In this document: in pieces, positions 1-11,529 of the stretch | Numbering within the stretch: the first letter of the stretch is position 1 | How the letters are laid out: each line of letters starts with the position of its first letter | Assembly (NCBI GenBank): GCA_977017645.1 | Contig: OZ360232.1 | Span: 32,674,001-32,738,000, forward strand | DNA: 64,000 bases | Source of the DNA: Torpedo marmorata | Taxonomy: Eukaryota | Direction of reading: 5' to 3' | The notes under the pieces: model-generated | Database searches by the model: none | Seen by the model: only the letters and a program-made list of their open reading frames with translations | Told to the model about the DNA's origin: nothing | Program-made: the position numbers and the translations under genes

Positions 1-589
1 TCCTCCGCGATGTTTAAGTGTGCTGAGTGCCTGCTGTCTGCGACTCCCGCGAAGTTTAAATGGCCCATTCTCTGGCTGTTTAAAACTCCCGCGGTGTTGT
101 ACTTGATGAGCCGTTTAAAGGTCCCGCGGCCCGACGGAGACTGCCGATTCCAAGGTCTGCCAGCGATCTTTGTACATCCATGTTGTCGGGTAAGTTTGAT
201 TTTATGTTTCTCGTTTTTTGTTTGATTTTTAGAAGTTCTGAATGGGAATATTTGATTATTCCCTTCAGAGCTGCTCGCAAAGAGTCTTTCAAAAATGACA
301 TTTGGAGACAGAAGAGGGAAAATATCAATTTGGTATAGCCACAATGTGAAGAGGTAATATAAGGCGGTTACTTTAAGGTTTTAAATTTAATATGTCTGTA
401 GGGCTGCAGATTGCCAAATGGAAGATGAAGCTTACAGTGTAGGTCAAAATGAAGGTGGAGAATTAAAGCGATAGCTGACTGGAAAATCAGGCATGCCTTT
501 GAGAACTGTTCTGCAAAGTAGTCACCAATCTGCATTTGATTTACTGAGGAGAGAGAGCACACAGCGAGAACTGAACTTGGTCTGGTTAT

Positions 590-1745
590 AATTGGCTTGG
601 TGATGGGCAGAGAGTGGGTGCTTTTCTGACCAGAAATCTGTAGCAAATGGTGGACTTTCAAGGAGTAATTGTGAGACCTATGTTGTTTGTAATAAATACA
701 AATGACTTGGTTGAGAATGTAAGTGGTCTGATTGGAAGATTTGCAAATAACATGAAAATTGGTAGAGTCGTAGCTGGGCCAAAAAACATGTGTCAATGAC
801 TGACATAGATGAACTGAAAAGATGGGTGGAGCGTTGGTAGGTGGAACTTAATGCAGTCAAGTGTGAGATCATGCATTTTGGGAAGTCAAATTCTGGTAGA
901 ACATACAGAGTATATTGCAGGGACCTTAGGAGCATTGATGTACAGAGGAAATGAAAGTCCACAGCTCCCTAAAAGTGGTGACACAGTTGGATAGGGTAGT
1001 GAAGGAGGCATTTAATATGCTTGTTTCGTAGAGAGAGCACAGAAGAAATTCACCAGGGAAGCCTGGAATGTAGTTATCAGGAGAGGCCTGTCTGATAGGA
1101 AACTGCCTGATAACCTTCTATGAGGGGCATAATATAGGATAGGTGGAGTGTTTTTCCCAGTGCTGGGGAGTCTTGAATTCGACTGGGGCACAGGTTTAAG
1201 GTAAGAGGGGGAACATTTAGAGGAGATCTGAGGGGTAAGTTTTGAACACAAGAGGTCAGTGAATATCTGGAACGAGCTTCCAGAGAAGGTGGTAGAGGCA
1301 GGTGCAATTACAGCATTTAAGACCATAAGGTAAAGGAGCAGAAGTAGGCCATTCAGCCTGTTGAGTTCTCTCCACCATTCCATCATGAGCTGATCCATTC
1401 TCCCACTCAGCCCCGCTCCCCTGCCTTCTCCCCATAACCTTTGATACCCTGACTATTCAAACACCTACCAATCTCTGCCTTAAATACACCCAACGACCTG
1501 GTCTCCACAGCCGCCCGTGGTAGCAAATTTCAGAGGTTCACCACTCTCTGGCTAAAGAAATTCCTCTGCATCTCTGTTTTAAATGGGCGCCCTTCAATCC
1601 TGAAGTTGTGCCCTCTTGTCCTAGACTCCCCTACCATGGAGTAAAAGGCATTTGGACTGGGGCAAAGTCATAGAGGGATAAAGCCTAATGCAGGCAAATG
1701 GGATTAGTGTAAGTAGACATCATAGTTGACATGGATGAGATGGGC
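590..1745 (+). mobile_element. Degenerate CR1-clade (HER1-like) LINE, RT and 3' end, interrupted by an opposite-strand CR1 tail at ~1324-1640
   Basis: Decayed NDL..VSGLI.FA...KIG and KCEIMHFGKSN motifs and a typical CR1 3' UTR; many stops and frameshifts. Confidence 0.75.
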
Positions 1746-1749
1746 TACT

Positions 1750-2000
1750 CCCACTACTCTCTGTGCGAAGAAGTTCCCCCATAATGTTCCCTTTAAACTT
1801 TTCCCCTTTCACTCTTAATCCATGTCCTCTAGTTCTTGTCTCACGTACCCTCAGTGGGACTTGCATTTACTCTTTTGCATTTACCCATCATAATTTTGTA
1901 TGCCTCTATCAAATTTCCCCTCATTCTTCTGCACTCCAGGGAATAAAGACCTGACCTGTTTAACCTTTCCTAGTAACTCAGTTCTTCAAGTCCTGGTAAC
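1750..2000 (-). mobile_element. CR1 LINE 3' fragment
   Basis: Reverse complement resembles the CR1 3' end at 14046-14300 (RGHGLRVKGEKFKGNIMGEL). Confidence 0.75.
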
Positions 2001-2001
2001 C

Positions 2002-2165
2002 TTCGGGCTTGAGCCCTTCAGACCTTGATGAAGGGCTCAAGCCCGAAACGTTGGTTATGTATTTTTATCTTTGCTATATAAAGTACACTGTTTGACCTGC
2101 TGAGCTTCTCCAGCATTGTGTTTTTACTTCAACCACGGTGTCTGTAGACTTTCGTGTTTTACTTT
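2002..2165 (+). mobile_element. Penelope-like terminal repeat (pLTR) with hammerhead-like motif and fold-back 5' end
   Basis: Near-identical to the terminus attached to the GIY-YIG element at 22721-22860. 19-bp inverted repeat at 2002-2020 / 2029-2047. Confidence 0.75.
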
Positions 2166-2590
2166 TAACATCCTTGTATAGTTCCTCTGCTTAATTTTTA
2201 TGGTTTAAAGAGTGCAATGGTCATTACTCACACTGATAAGTGTGCTGCTCCTACTGAAAAGGTAGCTGTAGAAGTGGGTACAATTATGACATTTAAAAAC
2301 CATTTAGACAGGTATATGGATAGGGAAGGTTTTGAGGGATACGGGTGAAATGCTGGCAACAGTCAGCATGGATAAGTTGTGCCAAAGGGCTGGTTTTCAT
2401 GCTGTATAGCTCTATCACTCTGCAAACACTGGACTTACTTAAAAGATTGCATCTGCAGGGCACTTTCAAAATTTTTCAATATTTTATCCTGGTATGTCAA
2501 TATGTAGATTAAAACAATTTTGTTTAGAATTCCTTTTGCTAAATATAATTTATAGATGTTAACTGAATTATATTTTGTTGCATTTTACAG

Positions 2591-2673
2591 GAAACTGATC
2601 CAGAATTTGACCACTGTGCAGTCTGTATTGAGGGATACAAATCTAATGATGTGGTCAGGATCCTGCCATGCAA
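2591..2673 (+). CDS. RNF130: RNF130 coding exon, first half of RING-H2 domain
   Basis: Flanked by ttttacag| and |gtaagc. Encodes [27 protein letters not shown](K), nearly identical to vertebrate RNF130 [28 protein letters not shown]. 83 nt, ends in phase 2. Confidence 0.95.
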
Positions 2674-3554
2674 GTAAGCCCTTTTAGCTTGCGTTAATAT
2701 ATGTATATATACAGTGAATTTTATCAATACCCTTTGCCTGGGTGATTTTGTTGCATTCCAGCTACAATATCTATGTTTTAAAAAAGCAATTACTTAAATT
2801 ATTTAATGTGAAAAGTGTCCCAGAGCAATGGAAATGAAAACAAAAGAAAAATTGCAGTTAGAAGCCACCAGGAGTGTGGCTATAGTAGGTTTGGTAAGGA
2901 TTTTGTGTTGTATCACCAAGGTGGATGGAGATAAAATACATAGATTGGGTGATGATTGTTGCCAAGTGGCTGGACTTGAGAGAGAGAAGGCATTTGTACC
3001 TGTGTGTACGGCAAAATGGAATTCTTTAAAGGTTCAATGTTTTCCATTCAAAATGTTTAAAATGAGATGAATAGGCCAAAGAGGGCTCAGTGTAAGGTTA
3101 GAATTAGCCACTGAATTTTTTGACAAATTGAAGCTGAACACATAAGCATAGTAACAATGGTCAGTTTCATTATTTATGTCTCTGTGAAGCATGTTCATTT
3201 GTCATTTTTTTAATGGAAAGGAGATGTAAACAAGTGAGCTTTAGCTGATGATAATGGGGGATTTTGGAATTGTGCATTTTGATAATCAGATAATTCACAA
3301 CTAAAACCCAAGGACGCTATTTTGAACACAAAATTAGAAACTAATTCTGATTATTCTGACTATAATAGTTTTCTAGCTTTCTTAACAACAAACGCCACTT
3401 TTTTCTTGCTGTGAATTGCAGAAATCTAATAATAAGCAAGTACGAACTGCTGGTTGAAGTGCTGTAACAGAAACTGTTTAAAGTTGAAAAAAGGTTGTGC
3501 CAGTCGATTGTTTCTTGTCATTTTGTGAAATTTGCACAAGAACAGAGGGAAGGA

Positions 3555-3812
3555 AAATCAAAATTTTGCAGATGATGGAAATCTAAAATAACAAAATACG
3601 AGAAATACTTATTGGTCAATTAGCATCTGTGGGAAGAGAAAGAGAGTTACCATCTCTGATGAAGGTTCTTCCTTTGACCTGAAACAATAACTCTCTCTTT
3701 TCACATGTGCTGCGGGGCCCACTCAGCAGTTCCAGAATTTTTCTGCTATTGCGGACAAAGAGAATGCAGAAAATTGTGTGAATGCTGAAATTTGAAATAA
3801 GAAAATATTGGA
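3555..3812. mobile_element. Degenerate Penelope pLTR fragments in both orientations
   Basis: CTGATGAAGG...ACCTGAAAC at 3656-3685, preceded by the reversed gcagatg..ggaaatct.aaataa tail motif. Confidence 0.55.
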
Positions 3813-3821
3813 AATAAATAT

Positions 3822-5232
3822 TGAACATGGAACATTACAGCACAGTACAGGCCCTAAGGCCCACAATGTTTTGCCGACTTGTGTAAACCTACTCCACAAC
3901 AATCTAACCCTTCCCTCCCTCACACCCATGACCCTCTATTTTTCTTACATCCACGTGCCTGTCCAAGTCTTTTAAATGTCCCTATTGTTCCAGCCTCCAC
4001 CACCACCCCTTCCAATGCATTCCAGGCACCCTCCGCTCTCTGTGTAAAAACAAAAAAAATTGCTTCTGACATCACCTCTAAACTTTCCTCCACTCATCTA
4101 AAACAGATGCCCTCTGGTATTTGCTATTGTCACCCTGGGAAAAAGGTGCTGGCTTTACCCTATCTATGCCTCTCATAATCTTATATACCTCTGTTAAATT
4201 ACCTCTCATCCTTCGTCACTCCAAATAGAAAAGCCCTAGCTTGGTCAACCTGGTTTCATATGACATGATCTTCAATCCAGGCAACATCCTGGTAAATCTC
4301 CTCTGCACCCTCTAAAGCAGTGGTTTTCAAACTTTTTCTTTCCACTCACATACCACCTTAAGTAATCCCTATGCCATAGGTGCTCTGTGATTAGTAAGGG
4401 ATTACTTAAGGTGGTATGTGAATGGGGGAAAAAAAGGTTGAGAACCACTGCTCTGGACCCAATTGTTACTGAAATATTTTGCTTGAGACAAATTGTCATT
4501 GGACCATTTCCTTTGGAGTTATGAAACCGTGCACATAACGAGTCAATTAGATACGATTAAAACAGTGGTTTTCAAACTTTTTCTTTCCACTCACATACCA
4601 CCTTAAGTAATCCCTTATTAATCACAGAGCACCTATGGCATAGGGATTACTTAAGGTGGTATGTGAGTGGAAAGAAAAAGTTTGAAAACCACTACTCTAA
4701 AGCATCTACATCCTTCCTGTAATGAGGTGACCAGAACTGCATGCAATACTCGCTAAGGGAGGGCTAACCAGAGTTTTGTAGAGCTGCGACATTACCTCAT
4801 GGCTCTTGAACTCAATCCCCTGACTATGCGCCATGCGCCTTCTTAACTACCCTATCAACTTGCGCGGCAACCTTGAGGGATGTGTGGACCTCGACTCCAA
4901 GATCTCTCTGCTCCTCCACACTGTTAAGAATCCTGCCATTAATCACATACTCCGCCTTCAAGTTCAACCTTCCAAAATGCACCACTTCACACTTATCTGA
5001 TACGAAGTCTATCTGCCACTTCTCCGCCCAATTCTGTATCATGTCTATATCCTGTTATAACCTACAGCAACCTTCTACACAGTTCACAACACCTCTAACC
5101 TCCATATCATCTGAAACCTTAATGACCCACCCTTCACCTCTTCATCCAAATCATTTCTAAAAGTCACAAAGAGCACAGGTCCCAGAACAGATCTCAGAGG
5201 AATGCCACTAGTCACTGATCTCCAAGCAGAAT
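3822..5232 (-). mobile_element. CR1 LINE 3' portion, interrupted by a hAT MITE
   Basis: ORF 4824..5042 WAEKWQIDF..DKCEVVHFGRLN...EEQRDLGV; (agaacat)n-type tail at ~3822; sequence resumes after the MITE TSD. Confidence 0.85.
4318..4694. mobile_element. Composite hAT-Charlie-type MITE (two inverted ~132-bp units plus a spacer)
   Basis: Termini CAGTGGTTTTCAAAC...GTTTGAAAACCACTA; perfect 8-bp TSD CTCTAAAG at 4310-4317 and 4695-4702. Confidence 0.9.
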
Positions 5233-5234
5233 AC

Positions 5235-6300
5235 CAAGTTTATCATCATCTGATTATGTATTCTCACTTCCCACGGGCAGTGAGAAAGCTGAACGACGAA
5301 AGGAACTGCTCACACTAACCATCCGAGACTCTCATTTGTACAAAACAATATTTATTTATTTATTTGTATATATGAATACTTGTCCTGCATATGTATTTGT
5401 CTGTATGTGTGTTATGTCTGGTTGTGTGTCTCATGTTTTGCACCGAGGTCTGGAGAACGCTGTTTTGTTGGGTTGTATTTGTACAATCAGATGACAATAA
5501 ACTTCACTTAAATACAACCCGACAAAACAACGTTTCACTGGACCATGGTGCACACACAATACACAGCACATAGTAATCATATATATACCGGTAATTTAAA
5601 ATAAATATTTACAAATATTTTGAGATTATTTACTTAGTTACAGGATATGGTTTATCAATCTCACAGCCTGCGGGAAGAAGCTATTCCCCAGCTTGGTAGT
5701 CCTGATTTTGATGCTCCTGTATTACCCCCTTGATGGTAGTGGGTCAAAGATACTGTGTGCTTGATGGAAACGGTCCTCAATAATTCTTTGAGCCCGATTT
5801 AAGCAATGCTCCCGGTAAATGTCATTAATGGAGGAAAGGGAGACCCCAGTGATCTTCTCGGCCGTTTTGATGATCCTCTTTATTGACTTCTGTTCCAATG
5901 CTTTGCAGCAACCGTCCCACACAATGATGCAGCCAGACAGGACACTCTCAATTGTGCTCCTGTAAAATGTTGTCAAGATGGGGGCTGGTAGCCTTGCACT
6001 CCTCAATCTCCTGGGGAAGCGTAGGCGCTGCTGTTCCTTCCTGACTAATGAAGAAATGTTGTGGATCCAGGATAGGTCATCAGTAGATATGCACACGAAG
6101 GAACGTTGTGCTCTCCTCTGTATGCACGACAGAGCCATTGATGTGGAGTGGAGAGTGGTCGATCTTCATCCTCCTGAAATCCTCGATCATCTCCTTTGTC
6201 TTGTCCACGTTAAGACTCAGGTTGTTGTTCTCGCACTATTTTATGAGCCTTCCAATCTCCTTTCTGTAAGCTTACTCATCGTTGTTACCAATGAGGCCAA
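5235..6300 (-). mobile_element. Rex1/Babar-like LINE 3' fragment (DUF1891-type C-terminus), with a + strand LINE tail nested at ~5255-5510
   Basis: ORF 5722..6138 LSW..ISSLVRKEQQRLRFPRRLR...ILTTFYRSTIESVLSGCIIVW. Confidence 0.75.
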
Positions 6301-7445
6301 ATCTAAATCCAAGTAGCCAAGGTTCCATGGATCCCATGCCTCATGACTTTCCGAATGTGCCTACTCTGGGGGACCTTGTCAAATGCCTTTACTAAAATCC
6401 ATATATACCACATCCACCCCTCTTACCTTCATCAATTTCTTTTGTGTTACTTCCTTGAAAAACTCAAGCTCATGAGGCACGACCTGCCCCTTGCAAACCT
6501 ATGCTGTCTATCCTTGAGAAGACTATGCTTCTCTAAATGCTTGTAAATTCTGTCCCTAAGAATCCTCTCCAATATTTTTCCCACCACTGATGCAAGACTC
6601 TCTGGTTTATAATTCAGAGGATTCTCCCTATTACCTTTATTAAACAAAGGGAATTCATTTGCCATTCTCCAATCCCCGGTACCTCCCTTGTGGTCAGGAG
6701 GGTGCAAAGATCATTGCCAACACCCCCACAATCTCTTCCGTCGCTTCCTGTAGTAACCTGGGGTATATCCCATCCAGTCCTGGGGACTTAACTATCTGAA
6801 TATTTATCAGAAGATCCAGCACTGCCTCATTCTTAACCTTGACATGCTCCAACACATTTGCCTGTTATACACTGACCTCAAATTCATGAATGTCCCTCTT
6901 CCTGGTGAAAACTGAAATAAAGTATTCATTTAGGACCTCCCAGACCTCCTCTGCCTGCAGGCACGTCTCCCCCTTTATCCATGATCAGTCTTGCCCTCAC
7001 TCTAGTCATCCTTCTGTTCTTCACGTTCACCTTGGAGTTTTCTTAATCCTACCTGTAAAGGCCTCCTCATGCCCTCTTTGCGCTCTCCTAAGTCTTTCCT
7101 GCCTACCGTATAATTCTGATAAGTCATTCCTGACTTTTGCTTCCTTAGCGTTAGGTTTGCCTCATTCTTCCTCTTGACTAGTTGTCCCACATCTCGTCTC
7201 GCCACCGTGGCTCCTCACCCTATCATTTTTCCTTGTCTCAGTGAGACAAACCTATCCAAGACCCTGTGCAAGTTGTCCCTAAACATCCTCCACAATTCTG
7301 CTGTTCATTTCCCTCAGAACATATCTGTTTCCAATTTACTCTCCCAAGTTCCTACCTAATCCCATCGTAATTAGCCCTTGCCCAATTAAATACTTACCCA
7401 TTTTGTCTACCTCTATCCTTGTCTAGCTATGCTAAAGGTCAGGGA
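6300..7445 (-). mobile_element. CR1 ORF2 fragment (RT N-terminus)
   Basis: ORF 6447..6707 DWRMAN..PLFNKGNRENPLNYKPESLASVVGKILERILRD...QHRFARGRSCL. Confidence 0.8.
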
Positions 7446-7967
7446 AGGGACCTGGGCAGGTTAGGGTGTCTCAGTGGTATGAAGGGAAATAATATTTCAA
7501 GTTAATAGCCTTTCATCAGAATCCAATTCCCTCTCCACTGATACTCTCTGATCCACTGAGTTTTTTCAATATTGTATTTAATCTGTTGTGAAACTTTTTT
7601 TGTCATACTGCAGTTAATGCTGAGCAACAGGAAATGACTTTCACCCCTCAATTTTGAGTTATAGTTTCAGCATTGTGGAGGGAGTTTTAGTATGTATTCA
7701 GTCATGCTGCATGCAGATTTGAAGTAACAAATGTGATTTTGTGTATCCTAAGCAAGAATCCCTGACTGGATAGCTGCATCTTTATTGTTAGTAATTTCAT
7801 CAAGGAAAAAAAAAATCACTGGGGGCGAATTGAGTAGAAAGCCATTGTGTCTGAACAGGAGAATCTAATTACATCTTCCGTGATTGTTCAATAACCAGCA
7901 TTTGAACAAATCTGGCATCTTTTTCAGTCATTTACAGTTCCATCATTTGCAATAAGATTAGATTATA

Positions 7968-10030
7968 AGAGAACATAGAAATCTGCCACAGTGTTGTGCC
8001 GACCTAATTACCTACTCTAACATTTACCTAGAATTTCCCCACTGCATAACCCTCCATTTTTCTCAATTCTGTGTACCTGCCTCCACCACTGTTGCCAGCA
8101 GCGCATTCCATGCACCCACCACTCTCTGTGAAGAACTTACCTTTTACATCCCCCTGTACTTGCTCCCAAACACATTAAAATGCGTCCCTTTGTGTTAGCC
8201 ATTTCAGCCCTGGGAAAAAGCCTCTGGCCATCCACATGATTAATGCCTCTCATTATTTTATATACCTCTATCAGGACACCCCTCATCCTCCGTCACTCCA
8301 AGGAGAAAAGACCAAGCTTACTCAACCTCAGAAAACTAGAAATGAGTTTACTGGTGTGAAATATTTGAATCTGCATGTTAGTGTTCCATTCAAGGTTTTC
8401 TGGTTTATTTTATTGAGTTTATTGTACATGTGTCAGGATGTAATGTTTCATTAATGGATCTCGTTTGGAGTACAACTTCATTTTCTGACATTGCATACAC
8501 TGGATATATATTGACCTTCGAGGAAATACAATGCAGATTCACCAAAGTGATACCAGATTTAAAATACGTATTAAATTATAAATATGGATTGCAGAACTCT
8601 GGTTCCAATTTCCTTTAGTTGAGGAGGTTGAAGAATAATCTCACTGAAATGTTTAAAATAATTAAAGGCTTGAGTAGATACAAAAGGAGACAGGAGGACA
8701 GATTTATCGTCCCATTAAAGTGGCAACATAGGTAGGCAGGCTGGGAAAGAAGGCATTTGGCATGCTTGCCTTCATCAGTCAGGGTATTGAGTACAGGATC
8801 TGGGACGTCGTATTGCAACTGTACAAGATATTGGTGAGACTGAGTATTAAGAACATAAGAAATAGAAGGAGCAGGCCATTTCGCCCGTCAAGCCTGCTCC
8901 ACTTTTCAACAAGATCATGGCTGATCTAGCATTGGATGGCTTCAAATTCCCATCTTTTCCCCAAAACCCTTAATTTCTGTATTATTCAAAAATATCTATC
9001 TATGTCTTAAAGACATTGAATAAGACAGTGCTGCTTCGTTGGGCAGAGAATTCCACAGATTCATTACTGTCTGGGAGAAGTAGTTCCTCCTCGTGTCTGT
9101 CTTAAATCTACTCCCCTGAATCTTGTGCTACAGTTCTGGTCACTCAGCTATAGGAAAGATGGCATTAAGCTGGAAAGAGTGTAGAAAAGATTCACAAGAA
9201 TGTTACCGGGACTGGCAAATATGATTTATAAGGAGAAGCTGCATAGGCTGGGGCTTCTTTATCCTGGAGTGTAGAAGGCCTATAGAGGTATATAAAATTG
9301 TGAGGGGTGTAGATAAAGTAAGGTCCGCTTTCTGTGCTATAAAACTGTACGCTAAATACAGAGAAATCATTACATCTGATGAGGGAATCCAGAACAAGTG
9401 GACATCACAACATTAGAGCCTAGCCTTTTAAGTGTGAAATAAGGAAGTCCTTTTCCCAGGGTAGGGGGCATGGGTTTAAGGTGAGAGGGGAAAGATTTAA
9501 AAAGTACTTGAGGGACACCTCTTTCATACAGAGGGTGTGGGTATATGGAACAAGCTACCAGAGGAAGTGGAAGAGTATAATTGTAAAGTTAAGAGACATT
9601 TAGACAGGTGGATGGATAGAAAAGGTTCAGAGATTCATGGGCTAAATGCAGGCAAATGTGACTAACTTGGGCAGATAACTTGGTCAACATGTTAGGCTAA
9701 AAGTCCTGTTTCTGTGCTGGAAAACTCTTGACCAGATACGGAGAAATTATTACATTTGGTGAGTGAATTCAAAACAAGAGGATGTCACACCATTGGAGCC
9801 TAACCTTTTCAGAGTGAAATAAGGAAGCATTTTTTCACATAATGGGTAATCAATTCGAAAACTATCTCAAAGGGTGTGATATTTGACGACATTTAGAAAT
9901 TTTTAAGACAGAAATTGATAAATGATGTAAAAAGTATCAAGGGATATGTTACAAAGAGAGATGAATGGAGTTGCATTGATTGGCTATGATGAACAGGCTC
10001 CAGAGGTTGAATGACCTTCTCCAATTCCAA
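7968..10030. mobile_element. Cluster of nested, degenerate CR1 3' fragments on both strands
   Basis: Repeated CR1 3' ORF2/UTR motifs (agaacatagaa and aagaacataagaaatag tails, LERV.KRFTRMLPGL). Confidence 0.7.
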
Positions 10031-10544
10031 ACAAAGCTGCAGCTGATATCTAGACCAAGCATATTCCCAAACGGATGAAACGAGGGACATCCAAAACAGG
10101 AGTTCCTGGAGTGACAGAGGCAAGAGATACGAGTAAAACTGAAACGTTTATAAAAATATCGGGTACAGAATGCAATTGGAAACCAGGCAAAATGCAGCAT
10201 ACAGGGAGAAAATGAAAAAGAATACCAACACGGCAGAATTAAATGATAACAGAATGGTGAGTAATATAAAAACTTCAGAAATCTTTTATTTACAAGGATA
10301 GTTAAATAACAATAGGCCAAAGAGGGGATGTACTAAGGAACTGAATCAGTCTTCACAAAAGAACAGCATAAAGTTCGTGTTGCCGAGGAGCATGTAGTGA
10401 AGATATTGATTAGGTTTAAAGTAAACAGGAAGCAGGAAACATGTTGGAGCTGTACATTATTTCATCCTGATGGGATTCACTCCTGATTGTTTTGGAAGTG
10501 TAATGGTGACACCAATCTTTCAATCCGCCTTGGGGCTTTTGTTT

Positions 10545-11520
10545 TATTCATTCATTGGAACATGGGTAATGCTGGCAAGGCCAAAATTTATTGAACATCT
10601 CTAATTATCCTTGAGAAGCTGGTGGGAAGCTGCTGTTTATTTCAACCATTGCTATCCTGGTGAAGGTGTTGCAGAAGGAATTCGACCCAGCAACAATGAA
10701 GAGAGAGTGATTGATTTTCAGATCTGGATGGAAATGTAGAGGGGAACCTGCAAGGGATGGTGTTCCAATGTACCTGGTGTGCTTGCCCTTGGTGGTAGCA
10801 GTCATGTGTTGAAGAGGTGTTGTCAGATACTTGTTGCATCCATGGTGAACCTGTGGTTGAGGAATAAATGTTTCGGATGATGGCTGCTTTGCCCTGCTAA
10901 CTACCAAGCTCTTTGATTTTGTTGCATCTGCACTAATCCAGGCAAGTGAAGATTATACCCCAATACTCCTGACGTGCACCTTGTAGATGGTAGAAAGGTT
11001 TTGGGATGTCTGGTGGGAGACATTCATTGCAGTGTATTCATCCTTAGACCTATTGTTATTTGTGTACCTGGGCGGCACGGTTAGCGTAGCGGTTAGCGCA
11101 ACGCTGTTACAGCGCCAGTAATCGGGACGGGTTCGAATCTGGCGCTGTCTGTAAGGCGTTTGTACGTTCTCCCTGTGTCTGCGTGGGTTTCCTCCAGGTG
11201 CTTCAGTTTCCTCCCACTGTTCAAAACGTACCGGGGGTTGTCGGTCAATTGGGTGTAATTGGCGGCATGGGCTCATGGGCTGAAAGGGCCTGTTACCGTG
11301 CTGTATGTCAAAATTAAAAAAATGTGTTCAATGGCGTTTTCATCCTCTTCAGCCTTTTTCTTGCCATCTCTTCCCATCAAATGTTGTTATGGGGCAAAGT
11401 CACCAATGATAGTTAACAATGAATGAGAAGGGTAGATGGTTTGAATCTGCCTTGTTAGAGATGATCTTGGCCTGGCACTTGTATAGTATGAATACTGTCT
11501 AGGTCTTTCTGTGCGCAAGC
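10545..11520 (-). mobile_element. Old non-LTR retrotransposon relic (family unresolved)
   Basis: Begins catgggtaatgctggcaaggcc...ccttgagaag, resembling a common elasmobranch LINE 3' end; no intact ORF; interrupted by a SINE. Confidence 0.4.
11070..11322 (+). mobile_element. tRNA-derived V-type (HE1-like) SINE
   Basis: tRNA-like head with A/B boxes (tagcgtagcggttagc; gggttcgaatc), V-domain core gtctgcgtgggtttcctcc.ggtgct, CR1-like tail gggcctgttaccgtgctgta. Confidence 0.9.
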
Positions 11521-11529
11521 ATAAACTGC

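Noticed and set aside
1-330. CpG-rich segment with repeated TTTAAA..CCCGCG motifs, possibly a retroelement 5' end
   Set aside because: Cut by the window edge and no diagnostic motif; cannot be assigned.
11070-11145. tRNA genes at SINE heads
   Set aside because: They are followed by the SINE body and tail, and I could not fold a convincing cloverleaf.
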